A stretch of 64,000 nt of DNA from Octopus vulgaris (lineage: Eukaryota), in the NCBI GenBank assembly GCA_951406725.2, contig OX597835.1:50344001-50408000 (forward strand). Direction: 5' to 3'. Made by a program: the position numbers and the translations under genes. Below are positions 49,445 to 64,000 of this stretch, piece by piece; within the stretch, counting starts at the first letter, position 1; each line of letters opens with the position of its first letter. Below the pieces are notes generated by a model. The model was not told the origin of the DNA. It did no database searches and worked only from the letters and a program-made list of their open reading frames with translations.

Positions 49445-51979
49445 AGTAGAAAGTCATTATCATACTATTGAGTTTTATAAAAGAAAAATAATGATTATCT
49501 TCTATTATGTGGTGAGTTGTAAAACTTGGCATCAGATTTATACCTTAATGATCCCAAGCACCCACAGGCATCACATGCATTTATAGATACAATAGTATTC
49601 TTTCTATTAATTTCATTTTTAAAGACAAAACATTTTTTGGTTGTTACATCTAGATTCTATGTCAATGAGTTTGACCACTGATCATTGTTACATATCTTAT
49701 TCCTGGATATGGCTTTGGCATCAGAATAGATTCTAGTTAATTGCAGTAACACTAATCCTTTATCCCACTGATAACGATAAAGCATCCTTTTTGAACCCAT
49801 AAGCATTGGTTTCCTGGTTTATAGATATTCACCTTGGATGGAATGCTGGTCCATCACAAGAATACTCCTTTTTGCTAGCCAAGTAGACTGGAGCAACATG
49901 AAATGAAGTGTTTTGCTCAAGAACACAATGCATCACCCGGTTCAGGAATCGAAACCACAATCTTACAATCATTAATCTGACACCCTCACCACTAGGCTAC
50001 ACACCTCCACTGATGGATGGATATAAAACATTACTACCATTAGTTTGGAAATGAAGGTTCCTTGTAGGAATTCAATCAGCTCGTGTGTCTATATCCAAGA
50101 ATAAGACACTTGATGATGGTCAGAGATCAAACTGATTTAAATCTAATGAAAACTGTTTCACCCCATGAAGTAAATAGTTTCAAAGTTTATAATCCAGCTA
50201 AGATTGTTTAGATTTGCCCATCTTCATCATAACAGCCATTGTAATTCTACATAATATTCATGAGGTCAGCATGTCAATGAAGTTTTTGGCAGAATGGCCA
50301 ACCCATGTATATCCATGCTGAGGTGTCTATCAGAACATACCACTAATGAGTTCTTGCTTACCTCTCCAACAACATGCTTCTCTCTCTTCAGTGGCATCAG
50401 TGATTCCAAGAATACTGCCATACAGTCTTTGTTTGGCCAGATGTTTCTTCCATGGGAATATTTAGAACTATCCATAACATGCAGGTGTAAATGCTATGAG
50501 TACTTATTTCCAGGTACCAGGTGTATGTTCAAGAAGTAGCATTGATTGCACAGTGCCATGAAAGAAGGATCTTTGAAGATCTGGTAGCCATAACTACCAG
50601 CTGACATTGAAGCCATCAAGAACATGGTGGCCTGAAAGAAAAATCTTCTGACTTCAAATCAGAAAAGTTATAATAATATTAGTAATGCCTCAAACTGGGT
50701 GGTAAGCTTAATTTGCCACCCTGTTTAACCCTTTTGTTACAATATTTCTGTCGAAACACCCTGCTTTTGTTTCAATTAATTTATGAAAGATAAATTAACC
50801 TGAAATTTTGATGGAAGAAGGTTTTAATTTAGATCACTTTTAAAACAGAAAGTTTGTTTCTTAAACCCAGGGATGGTATCAAGCTGGTTGGTGTCAAAAT
50901 GGTTAATACCACCACTTTTCTCTTGAGTACCTCTAGTGAAGTCCATTCCGTTACAAGCATTTAAGCCAGGTCTCCAATAGAGGATAATTTTCTTTCCTTC
51001 TGACTTGGAGGCCGTGTAAAAAGGTTTTCGATGTCAACCTTCTTCTGACTAATCCATGACAAAATATATTTCAAAGAAAAAAGACATTTAGATTATTCAT
51101 ATTTAAACGTTTTGATGTAGTTTTCTTTTTTACTTTTTGTCCGTTTTAGCTTTAATAGTTGTGAGTTTGTTTCTGTTGCATATTTGAACAAGTAGTGCAT
51201 GTTAGTCTCATATTACTGAATGCTTTTAATTAGCTTTTAATTAGTTCATAATTCAATTATGATAAATTATTTTCCTGTAATCCCATTAATCTGGACTCTA
51301 ATCTTCTGAATATTAGTCGAGTCTTTTTTGAGGGACATTTTGGACTTTCTTGTCTAGAAAATCAATTTGTGTCAATTTGATTTTTTTTTTTCGTTTCTTT
51401 TTCCTTTTCTTTCTTTTAGCAGTAAAGTTGTTTTTACTGTGTAACCCCCATCTAGGTCCCTCTTGAATATACGATTAAAGGTATTTCAGCCATAATCAGC
51501 CAATCTTTTTTTTCAGGCATAGAGACATAGCATATCCTTTAACTACATTGTCTAATGTACTTTTTTTTTTATTTAAAACTAAGCTGTGGTTTGAATATTT
51601 GGCTGCTATATCTAGCAGGGCTAGTAACTCTTTCATTGGCTCATCATTATAAGTTTATTTTCGTTGATCAAAAGTTCAAAAAATTCACAATTAAAATAAA
51701 ATAAATTATCTTGCCAATGTAGTTCTACTATTAATTATATAATTTATTAACACTTTCAATTAATAATTTCAGTAATTCATTAATATTTCTCTGAATGTGT
51801 ATGTGTAGTTTTGTTAAAATTTGGTTTACTTGATTTTACAGTCTGAGATAATCATAGTTAATTTAGTGAAACATAACAGATGACAGCTGTATATTTGGAA
51901 AGTGAACCCTTGTAATCTTTCAGGCATATTGTATACCCTGATGCATTCAGAGCAGTGTCTTACTCTTGGTTGTTATAGT

Positions 51980-52024
51980 CATAACGTTTCAGCTGTTACT
52001 GTATCTTTTAACCTTCTTCAGGTG
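51980..52024 (-). ncRNA. Minimal degenerate hammerhead-like motif
   Basis: CAC-CUGAAGA-AGGUU...AGCU-GAAACGUU|AUG; stems imperfect. Confidence 0.35.
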
Positions 52025-54459
52025 GCTGTTGTATTCAGTAACATTCTCAGAATTTCAAATCACAAGGATAGCAACATTCACTTTACCCAAACACTTTATT
52101 TAAATCCACAGAGAGAGTGTTCTTATTCTATTGTTCATACTGGGGATATTCTTTTATCACATGTCTATTTTACTTGAACCAGAGTCTATATATTTTGCTG
52201 GATGTCTTGATACATGTCTTCAAACTAAATCAGTGATTCTCAACGATTTCTTTACAAATGGATCTCTTTGATTTCTATTTTTCTCAGATGGACCCTCAGA
52301 GCCATTCAATGTTTCAAAAATCTTATTCTGTTTTCATAATTAAAATATTATTAGAAACTGTATTAAAAAATGTTTGAATATTTTGTGCATTGTAGGAATA
52401 TAACCAGTTTCTGGCACTCAAATTTTAACAAACTTTTATACAGACAACCACCACCACCACCACCAAGGGCCGTATGGACCCTGGTTGAGAACCACTGCCC
52501 TAAATCACTACTTCCATTTACCATCCACTTCTTTTGTAGGACAATTAAGTAATAGAAATTAGGAGTGTTAAACTTAACATTGTGTGTTGAATGGTCCTTC
52601 TTTCTTCAAAATGCAAGTGTGAATGTGTGGTAAGAAGCTTGCTTCCCTGCCACATGGTTCCAGGTTCAGCCCCACTGTGTGGTGCCTTGAGCAAGTGTTT
52701 TCTACTATGGCTTTGGGCTGACCAAAACCTTTGATAGACAGAAGCTGAAGCAAGCCCATTGTATATATATCTATTTATCTGTGTGTCTGTGTTTGTCCAC
52801 CACTCCACTTGACAACTGGTTTCGGTGTGTTTACATCTCTGTAACTTAGCAGTCCATCATGATAGACCAATGGAATAAGTACTAGACTTTAAAAAAAAAG
52901 TACTGGCAGGGTCGATTCCATTGATTAAAAATTCTTCAAGGTGGTGCCCCAGCATGGCCACAATCTAATGACTGAATCAAGTAAAAGATAAAAAAAAAAG
53001 TTAAAAGATTCATTTTATTAACCCCCAAAAGGATGAAAGGCAAAGTTGACCTCAGAATGATTTGAACTCAGAGTGTAAAATGCTGGAATAAATACAGTTA
53101 GCCATTTTTATTTTCCAACAGCCCTAACAATTTTGTCTATTCAGCAACCAAGGTATCCCTGTCCAACTGATAATGACAATGATGTAAGTTCCATTAACCT
53201 TTGAGACAACTTTCTTTTAAACATTGTCTTTCCTTGTCATATCAGCCATGGAGTGATTAATTGATATTTCATCATAGTTACAAATGAAACAATAATTATA
53301 TTTGTTGATTAGAATATACACCAAACCAATTCTATTACACAACAGCTGAATAGCTTTGCCACTTACATGCATATACACACATACAAATGCATACGTAGAT
53401 ACACTAATGCACACACACACACACACACATTATGTAACTATCTTACTTAAAATGAAACTGCTAGTAAGCTTTGTGTTCGTCTGCAAAAGATGCTGTTTTC
53501 CTTCAATGCTATTGCTTTTGTTGTTTAACCTCAGTTCAGTGTCTTGACTGAGCAGACCTTTGATCAAAGGCTTTCCAGCAGTGACCACCACTCTGTCTTG
53601 TTTTGTATATCTAAGACAACATTACACTGTGGAACAAAATTTTTATCTTTTTTTTTGTCTTTGGTCAGTTGGTGTTATTTCCTATTTGCTTTTATCTAAA
53701 AATCAAAGGAAATGACTTCTACTCCCTTCGAACTTTGTCTTTGTGACCTGGACATCAACGTTTTGAAACTGACTTATTTTCCGTTACATTTCAGACGGAT
53801 TCAGTGCTGAGTTGCTAAACTGGAAATATCGTTATAGCAAATATTCGGCTCAAAACCACAGATTTGCTTGTCAGTTGTTTGACCATAACCATTTGAACAT
53901 GTCCCTTAGTGGCTGACAATATGTGCATCTCTGAGCAGGAGTAGTAGTAGAGCATCATAGCCATGTGTTGAGAGGGATTCTTTGGGGTTTTAATAAATAT
54001 CATTACAAAAGCAAAATTTGAAGGAAATAACCATTTTTTCTTTATACTTTCTAAGGGTAAGCAAGTAGGGAATAATAGTTGCTACCCAAGGACAAAAACT
54101 GCATTATGCAGTGTTATCCACGTATCCTTCCATTTTTAAGGCTGTGGGTTGTATTTTTTGGAGGATTTAGTTGCTGTCTCTTGTTAGTTTGTTTAATAAT
54201 CAGGATTATAATACACAAATCTTTTCTTCTCTCTAAGTATATACGTCTTCTATCTTTTACTTGTTTCAGTCATTACACTGTGGCCATGCTGGGGCACCAG
54301 CTTCAAGGGTTTAGTTGAGCAAGTTGACTCTAGTACTTATTTTATCAGTATTTTTTGCTGAACTACTAAGTTACAGGGACATAAACAAACCAACACTGGT
54401 TGTCAAACAGTGGTGAGGAATAAATACATACAAAAAGACTCTCACAAATATATATATAC

Positions 54460-54568
<109 letters not shown>

Positions 54569-57500
54569 TATTTTTTTGTCTAGAGAAACAAAGCAGAGAA
54601 GGTATTGTATTATTTCCACATATTGTGTTTAAATGTACTGCAGAGTGTTTTTGTTGTGTTTCTGGGACACCGTATTTTCATTCTATAATAAATCAGTCAT
54701 TCTCGTCACTGCTGAGCTGCTTAACATCACCCCCCCCCTTCGACCAGCCCATCTTTTGTTTTTTAATTCACAGTGACACTCAGAACTCTGTTTTCTAATG
54801 TATCCTTCCATTTTTAAAATTTTGGTCTGTAATATAAAGCAGATTTTGTTGCTGTTTCTAACTGGTTCCACAACCATTTAGAAGCTCTCACAATGGCTTT
54901 GAATCAGTTCAACTTTTTTTGCTGAGAACAGCTTTCAGATTTTCCAGGGAAACTTCATTGAATATTCCACAGTCACTTTTACCCTTGATTTAATCCTCAG
55001 GCATAATCTGTGTAACAGAAAACATGATAAGCTTGGCTCTTTTGAACTACATGTCCAGTTACATGAAGTGGTTCTCACACTGTTCCTATTTATCCGAATT
55101 TTAAGCATGCAGTTCAAGTCAGTCCAATGTGATCTAAGAAGATATTTACCCAAAGTTTTGTCTGTCTGTGTGGTGCTCAACCATTAATCAGGAGCAGATA
55201 ATTCAGTCAATGGTACATCTGAATCTTCTTCATCAAACAACAGAGACCCCTTACATGTATGATGGGCTTCTGCTCAATTTCTATCTACCAAGTCTCATGA
55301 TATTTGTTACCCCAAGGCAACTGTGCAAAACATGAGCTTAGGAACAGGTAGTGTAGGGGTTGCAAGATCATCCCCTAAAATTTGGGGAGATGCAAAATCA
55401 ATATTTACACCCCTACTTACTTTCCTCAAGTTTAGAAAACAGTGTGTAAAAAGGGATCTGTAGAAAGTAGCTTGAAGTTAGGTTTCTTTTCAAAACAAAA
55501 AAAAAAAATTAAAAAGAATAAAAATAATTAAAAAAATATTTTGGACCTGGGTTTGCACCCGCTAAGCAAATTTCTTTCCTGGGTCAGTGGTAAAAAACAG
55601 TGTGTTCAAGGTGCCACACAGGCAGCACCATCTTGAGGCATAGGCACACTGGAAAATTTCCCCAGGGGTACCCAAGATCTAGGAGCCCAGTTTCAATCTG
55701 TATAAGTTGTGGCTTTTGTCGATAATAAATGAATATTTTAGATCCTCAGTGCATTGCCTTACCTGGTGGGTCAAAAAAGCTTTTAAAACTACCCCTGCAC
55801 CACATGGACAGATTGAAACCAGAACTAAACCACACAGCTATGCCTGCCCCTAGCTAACTTTCTGTATCTCTTTCTGTGTGTTTTTGCAAAACATGATTGT
55901 TGTTTACCCATGGCAATTCTTAAAGATGTTTTCATTATTTTCTTTATAAAAGCTTTTTAAATTCTAATTGTCTTAGAGAAAGAAAAACTACAGCTTTACT
56001 ATATTTTGTTTATATTTATTTATTATTTAACAGAAAGCTAATTCTATCATTTGTATTTCCACAGAAACAAGGTTTTATTTATTTGTATTTTTTTAAAAAT
56101 TGAAATATGAATTAAATTTGTTAACGACAGATTCCAATAATGATGATCTACCATGGATTTGATTTACTTAATTACTTTGACAACATTAAAATAATTACTT
56201 TATCAATTTCAGTTAGTGATGCATCAAAATTATCTGCTGCCACTTGAATGCAATATTATTATCAAAATATTTACTGCCACCTGAATGGAATATCGTTGTT
56301 GTTGTTGTTGTTGTTAGCAGTGGTGATGGTGTTATTGTCATAATTACTTTAAGAAAAGATTTATGTGCAGTGAAGAATATGCTTTTGATATTTAACAGCT
56401 CAATCAGTCACACACACACAAACTCATTGGCCCATACATACCCCAGATACATTATTATTATTATTTGGTTTGACTCAGGCTCGGTGATTATTATTATTAT
56501 TATTATTATTATTAATTTTATAGTTGTTGTTGTTGATGTTGCTCGTGTTTTTTATGTAATACCAAACAATATTGTTCTCACCCTTTTGTTGACTCTTGTG
56601 GTTAATAAAGAGAACATCATCATCATCATCATCATCCAAACTAGCAGAGCTGTTAGCACACCACACAAAAGACAGTTCTGAATTCAAATTCTGCCAAGGT
56701 CTACCTTACCTTTCATTCTTTCAGGGTTGCTAAAATATGTCCCTTGTTGAATACTATGGGGGGGGGGGGGCAAGGTAATCAATTTGGTCCATCTCCAAAT
56801 TTCAGACCTTGCGCCTTTAGTAGAAAGAATTATTATTATAATCATCATTATTAAGCTTTTGATATTGATTATTAATAATGTTATTACCATAGAACAAACA
56901 ACAATATGGAATTAGATCAAAAAGCTCCGTTTAGTTGTTGTATAAATGCTTACAAGCTTATGTTTGTCCATTGAACCCAATGTCAACTATCTCCTCCATT
57001 TGTAGATCCTTTGATAACTGTATCCATGATGTACAGATCTTCACAGCCACACTAGTCTTCAAACATTCATTCTGCTCTCATTATATAATTTATCTTCTTT
57101 AATATACCATGTTCTTTGTTTTTCATCACCAATAAGAACTCTGCCATACTCTCTCTCAACCAATGTTTTGCTTTGTCAATACAATACTGATACACCAATA
57201 TTCTTTTCTATTCTAGGCACAAGGACCAAATTTTTTGGGGGAGGGGGCCAGTTGATTAGATTGACCCCAGTATGCAACTGGTACTTAATTTATCGACCCC
57301 GAAAGGATGAAAGGCAAAGTCAACCTTGGCAGAATTTGAACTCAGAATGTAAAGACACGAAATACTGCTAAGCATTTCACTCAGCATGCTAACCACTCTG
57401 CCAGCTCACTGCCTTACTGATACATCAATATTGACAACATTATATTGACAGGCCAAGATTGTCAACATAGCATTTAAAATTTGTCACCACAGCAAATATT

Positions 57501-57756
57501 GTCACCACAGCGAATATTGTCAATGTCAACATTGCACTGACATGCAAATATTGTCAAAAATATCAACATTCCATTGGCATGTCAACATTGCACTGACATG
57601 ATATATTGTCAATAATGTCAACATTGGATTGGCATACCAGCATTGCCTATATTGCATTAACAAAGCATTTAAAATCTGTCAACATAGCACTGACTTGTCA
57701 ACATAGTATTGACATATTGACGTGTCAATGTCATAAACAGTGAATTGACATATTAA

Positions 57757-57977
57757 CCCTTTCGTTACTGTATTTATTTTGAGATGCTGTGTGTTTCTTT
57801 CAATTACTTTAAATATAACAACGAATTTAGTAAAATAACTTAGTTATCATTCAGCTAGTGTTAGGAACATAAATTGTGACTAAGGTTTGGTGGAAGATTT
57901 TAATTCAAAACTTATGAAAACAAGACATTTGTACTACAGACCCAGAGCTGGTTTCAGCCAGGTTGGTAACAAAAGGG
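57757..57977. mobile_element. piggyBac-type MITE; related copy at 50729-50902
   Basis: TTAA on both sides; TIRs CCCTTTCGTTAC / GTAACAAAAGGG. Confidence 0.8.
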
Positions 57978-60529
57978 TTAATATTGTTAATAATGTTAAC
58001 ATTGTATTGACATATCAATATAATCAACTTTTTGAACACATTTTTACATAGCAAGCCAGTGCATTGTTTGGTTGCTGATAATTTTGGCAAACCACAATAA
58101 GTTAAAAGGAAAATTTCCACTGTGTTTATTCTCTTTTGAATCCATGTCTCACCTGCATCAGAGAGTCCCAGTTGGCCTTCATACAAGAGAAGCATACACT
58201 ACAGTGGTTTCACATTGCCTTATTCAGGCCCACAAGGCTCTAAGCTGGAAAACCATTTGTCAATGTTTACACAAATGTTGCTGCATAGCAACAGCAGCAG
58301 CAAGTTGTCTCTATTCTGTGCAATCTGTTCATAGACAGAACAACTAGGCCATACACCATACAGCACAGTGGCAAATATACATATGGCTTCTGTTGGTCAG
58401 GGTTGACCATACATCTGCATGCTTGGATGAATTTTTTTCAGGAAGGTTGGCAGTGGCTCTTGCATGAAAATCTCTCCCCTCCTTGACATGACATTGGTGC
58501 TTGTCCAAGAGGAAGTTCACCAACTTAGACCAACAAATTTTGTCACCTGTGTCATCACAAAATTTGCCATTAGGGTCATCATAAAGTTTGGCACTAGTGT
58601 CATCAGAAGTCTTACTTACCATCAGTATGCAAAAGAAAATAACAGAACAGGTACGACAAAGTATCTCGTCAAGTCTACTAATAGTTTTGCAGATCCACTA
58701 CCCTGGACTGATGTTTTGTTCTTACTGACCCTGAAAGAAATGAAAAGCAAAGCTGACCTTGGCGGGATTTGAATCAGAGTGCTGAGAGTCAGATAAAATA
58801 CCACAAGGCATTCTATCCAACTCTCTAACACCTCTACTGATCTTCCCATCTTCAAGATGACAAAATCATGATACAAACTGCTGACACGTTGATTGGTCAT
58901 TTGTTACTTCATCCACTGAGTCTTCTCACCTTCTCACCTTCTCACACATCCCTTAATTTTAATTTGATTTTGAATCTGAATTAGTTGCATTCCTTCAGAA
59001 CCATGCAGGAATTCCCAGCTTTTATTATTGAAGGAAATGAAATTGAACAATAAGTGTGAAGGAAGTGTACCTTGCAGAACCTCTGGCATGGCTTCAGGGA
59101 CAACATCATTGTCATCATGATCTTCATCATCGACATCATGATCATGATCTACATCATCATCATCATCATCATTTGATATCCATTTTCCTTGTTGGCATGG
59201 GTTGGATGGCTTGACTGGGGTTGGCAAGACCAGGTGCCACACCAAGTTTTATAGCCTCTTTTCACTTGGTTTCTACAGCTGAATACCCTTCCGAAGTCCA
59301 ACAACTTTACAGAGTGTACTGGGTGCTTTTTATGTGGCACCATCACCAGTGCTTTTTTGCATGACCCCCACCACTGGTGCTTTTTATGTGGAACTAACAA
59401 TGCTTTTTACATGGCACTGACACTAGAGCTTTTTACACAGGGCTAGGACCAGTGCTTGTTACATGGCTTCAACACCAGTACTTTTTACATAGAACCATGG
59501 TTTTAGGATATCAATTCTGTTGTAGTAGGTAGCTCTTGTTTGAATATAGCAATGTGTCACCTATCTTGGTCCTTTAGCATGCAAATTCAAAATGGCTGAC
59601 AACTAGCATCACACTTGAAACTCAATCGGTCATTTGTCATAGCAATTTCCATTAGAAACAAATTTTCTTTGACCAATCAGAGATGTTAGAGCATCCGACA
59701 GAATGCTTTATGATATTTGTTCAAATCCTGCTATGGTCAAAAGTACCAATCCAAGGCAATGGATTGGTAGAATTGTAGGAATGTTAGATTGGATGGATAC
59801 CTTGTGATATTTGTTTTGGCTCTTTGCCTGTTATTGGTGGTAGACTTGTCTTGTTTAACACCAACCACCAGGCACATTGTATATGTTTAGGTTTGAGGAT
59901 ATCTTCCACCTTCCTTCTCTCCCACAAGTCTTTGAGGCCCTGTAATGAGATATGGGCACTGCATTCCCTCCTGACCAAAAGATAAAGAAAAAAAATATAC
60001 ATATTTCCTTCATCTCATTCAGTTGTCTTCAGTTATTACTTTTCCCTAGAACTGCTCTGTTATTGATTTTTTTACAGTTATCAGTCCAATAATCAATCAT
60101 TTTCCTGCATCACAACATAAAATCGATAACAACCCCATCCCAAATATGTGTGTTAATCTGAATTAATTTTAATAATGTATGTTTACTGTTAAGGTGGGGG
60201 GAGCTGGCAGAATCGTTAGCACACTGGGCAAAATGCTCAACAGCATTTTGTCTGTCTTTACATTTTGAGTTCAAATTCCACCAAGGTCAACTTTGCCTTT
60301 CATTCTTTCAGGGTCGATAAAATAAGTACCAGTCATGCACTGGGGTTGATGCAATCAAGTAGCCCTCTCCCCTGAAATTGTTGGGTTTGTGAATAAATTT
60401 GAAACTAATAATGCATGTTTACTGTGATTTTAAGTGTTGTTGTTGTTACCATTATGCAAATAAGCAATTGTGATTCCTCTGGGTTACAATCGATTCCTGA
60501 GATGAGAGGAATTTCATTTTTACTTTCAG

Positions 60530-60617
60530 GATGCAACAATGTCTGAAATAGAATCCCGTCTGTATGATCAGTTTACGATAAAGATTAATGAAGTTAAAAT
60601 ACTTCTGGCTGATTCAG
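60530..60617 (+). CDS. VPS13: VPS13 exon 17 (after a 15.6 kb intron)
   Basis: tttcag acceptor; DATMSEIESRLYDQFTIKINEVKILLADS (conserved YDxFxIxxxxVxxL); GTGCGG donor. Confidence 0.9.
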
Positions 60618-60667
60618 GTGCGGTACTCTGCTTTCATTTCCTTTATTTTCCTTCACATTCATACAAA

Positions 60668-60701
<34 letters not shown>

Positions 60702-60713
60702 CATGTGTGTATG

Positions 60714-60748
<35 letters not shown>

Positions 60749-60960
60749 GATGGCAAGCTGGCAGAATCATTAGCATGCCTGGTGGAATGCTTAGTGCTAT
60801 TTCGTCTGCAGCTATGTCCTGCGTTCAAATTCCGCCAAGGTCAACTTTGCCTTTCATCCCTTTGGGGTTGATGACATAAGTACCAGTTACGCACTGGGGT
60901 CGATATAATTGACTAGCCCCCTTCCCCCCAAGTTTTCAAGGCCTTGTGCCTAGAGTCGAT

Positions 60961-61091
60961 ATAATAATAATGATAAATAATAAATAATAATAATAATAAT
61001 GATAATAATAACAATAATAATAATGATAATAATAACAATAATAATAATAATAATAATGATAATAATAATAACAATAATAATGATAATAATG

Positions 61092-61125
<34 letters not shown>

Positions 61126-61145
61126 TTATTAGTATTATTATTACT
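60961..61145 (+). repeat. (AAT)n microsatellite, representative of many (TTA)n, (TA)n, (TG)n and (CAT)n tracts
   Basis: Direct reading. Confidence 0.95.
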
Positions 61146-61960
61146 ATTTTTAATGTGGCAAGCTGGCAGAATTATTAACATGCGAGGCAAAATGCTTAGT
61201 AGCATTTTGTCCATTGTTACATTCCAAGGTCAAAAAAAGGTCGTCAGAAATTTTGGAAAAAAATCTTTTTATTTCTTCATTATTATTAGCACTTCCATTC
61301 GTTTCTCAAACTTGTTGAATAAAATTTTGTGAATGTACAAACAGCTTGTTACCTTGTATAAAACAGATGATTTTTGGTGGGGTGGTCTTGTTTAGAAGAG
61401 AACATTGTTTTTGTTTGGGTGAGGTTCCATGACAAATGAGATATGTAGATAAATAGATAGATAGATAGATAGGTCGAGAGAGGGAGAAAAAGAAGGGGGG
61501 TCCCCCTTCCTATTCACCATTCATTTATTTATTTAGTCATTTACCATTTTATTGCAATGGGTTTAAAAAAAAATCAACAAGAAGCAAACAAGTGTATTGG
61601 GTCATCAGGAAGGAATGCGCACCATTTCAGGGCCTACCTGTCAATGGCATCATTGCGCACTGCCCACTCTCGCTGTAATGAGGTCCCTTAAATACTTTTT
61701 TGTTTCTATTTGTCTTTGTGTCAGTGTTCTCTCCCCCCCCCACTGCTTGATAACCGGTGTTGGTGGATTTACAACCCAGTTGTTTAGCGATTTGGCAGAA
61801 GAGACCAAGGCTTAAGAAGAAAAAAAAAGAAATAAGTGCTGGGGTTGATTCACTTGACTAAAATTTTTCAAGGTAGTGCTGCCCCAGTATGGCCACACTC
61901 TAATGACTGAAACAAGTAAAAGATAGAAGATAAAAGAACTGCAGCTATTTCTCTCCACAG

Positions 61961-62078
61961 GTGACGACTGGCACACCTTTCAGACTGAACCCGACTCACT
62001 CTACCACATCTTGCCCAGCACCAAAATGTTGATGACTTTATTTAACAGTGTCAAGCCAGATTACAAGCAACTACCTCA
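61961..62078 (+). CDS. VPS13: VPS13 exon 18 (gene continues past the window)
   Basis: ccacag acceptor; (G)DDWHTFQTEPDSLYHILPSTKMLMTLFNSVKPDYKQLP (conserved GxxW...HIL.P...D..LP); GTGAGT donor. Confidence 0.9.
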
Positions 62079-64000
62079 GTGAGTAGCCTCCTCTTTTGTC
62101 TCCTTCTCTTCCTCTTGCTTCTTTTGAATTTGTAGTCATTTGTGCATTGAATGAAATACTTTGCAGTATCCATTCCAGATTCTTGCATCCTGACTTCAAA
62201 CCCTGCTGGGGGTCAGCTTTGCCCTTCATCCTTGCAGCATTGACAAAATAAGAAACCAGTTTCATGCAGTGGACTGACAGAATTATTAAAGTCTTAGACA
62301 GGGTGCCTTGTGGTGTTTCCTCACTCACTTTATACTTTAAGTTCAATTCCTGCCATCGTATTTGAAATATATATATATTGATATTTCTTCTTCTTATTAT
62401 TATTATTTGCTGATACAAGGGTGGCAAACTGGCTGAACTGCTAGCATGCTGGCCAAAATGCTGAGCAACATTTCACTCATCTTTATGATCTGAGGTCAAA
62501 TTCCACCAAGATCAACTTTGCCTTTCATCCTTTCGGGGTTGATCAAATAAGTACCAGTTATGCACTGGGGTTGGTGTAATTGACTTACACTCTACACCAA
62601 ATTTGCTGGCCTTGTGCCAAAATTTGACACCTACAATTTTTACAAAACACTGTTTAATATTGTTTACATACATATATGTGTGTGTATAAACTAGACTGGC
62701 TCTCCCTCGGTTATGACAATGAAGGTTCCAGTTCCCCTGATCAATGGAACAGCCTGCTTGTGAAATTAATGTGCGAATGGCTGAGCACTTCAATAGACAC
62801 ATGTGGACCCTTAACATAATTCTCAGGGAGATTCAGTGTGACACAGAATGTGACAAGGCTGGCCCTTTGAAATACAGGTACAACTCATTTTTGCCATCTG
62901 AATGAACTGTGGCAGTGTGAAATTGAGTGTCTTGCTCAAGGACATAATACACCACTGGTTTTTGAACTCATGACCTTATGATTGTAAGCCAGATACGCTA
63001 ACCACTAATCCATGTGTGTATATATATATATATATATGCACACACTCGCATATACACATACATACTCACACACACATACACATGTATATATTTATATTAC
63101 ATTGTTTACCCCTCTGTGATACCAACTTATATTCTCACCACCACCACCATACACCTCACACTTTCTAGCAACCTACCCACCCATGTTATCTTCTTTCTCC
63201 CTTCCTTTTTCTCTCTCTCTCTCTCTCCCTTTCTCATCCTTCTCCTGTCTGCTATATTCTCATAATTACCAGCTGGCTCCATGCCATCAAAAATGACAGC
63301 TAATTGAAATATTTTATTTACAAATAAGGCACAAAACCAGGTTTTTTAGCTTAATAATACTTTTACTACCAAATTTTTTGTGAAAAATCTACTAAAAATT
63401 TCTTAATATAAATAAATTAGGGACATGTATAAACTGTTAAATTAAGATTGTGTATTTATAATATACCTTTCAACTGTAGCCGTTTTATATTTGTTGATAC
63501 AATCAGGCAATAATTATTATCTCTAATGAGTTTGCATTTGTATGTTTGTGTAGGTGTGTGATTGTAATAATTATTTTTAACACAACAGATAGAGAATATG
63601 GATGGTAAATCAAATTGATACACTTGTCAATGTTATCCAGTGGTTGTCTTTTGAGAGTTGACATCAATCATCGTTTGTTACTGAAAGAACACTGGTTCAC
63701 ACATACAAACATTCACATACTTCCCTTGGACACGCACACACATACACACATACACTCGCACAGAGTTGAAACACTGTTTGATTTTTCTTTTTAGTGTTGA
63801 ATGTTCACCATCTCACTTCCGTTGCACACACACCTCCCTTTTACACATACACACACACATGTACTCACACAAGGTTGAAATGCTGTTTGATTGTTTTTTC
63901 ACCGTAAAATTTCCATCGTCCCACTACCAGTTTGCCATCACCCCTTCCTTCCTTCCTTATTCATCTATCACTCCTTCTTTTCTCATTCATATGTTGTGAC

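Overview
AT-rich, repeat-dense eukaryotic genomic DNA. The SINE and microsatellite landscape resembles an octopus (coleoid cephalopod) genome, but that is my recognition and is not verified. The whole window lies inside one + strand gene. I assembled by hand 18 GT-AG exons (1-62078, about 664 codons, all splice phases consistent) encoding the N-terminal chorein region of a VPS13A/C-like lipid-transfer protein; the gene starts upstream of the window and continues beyond it. The introns hold: a nearly intact R4/Dong-type restriction-like-endonuclease retrotransposon plus three truncated relatives, all inserted in (TAA)n; a full-length decayed mariner; a CR1-type RT fragment; RTE 3' ends; a Penelope-like GIY-YIG remnant; a non-autonomous Helitron carrying a LINE ORF1 piece; hAT, piggyBac and Tc1-like MITEs; and several SINE families. 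Features not visible in the ORF track include four hammerhead-ribozyme motifs (one nearly canonical), two long foldback structures sharing a terminal motif, and a perfect 36-bp palindrome. All calls are by eye; repeat boundaries are approximate unless termini or target-site duplications (TSDs) are cited.
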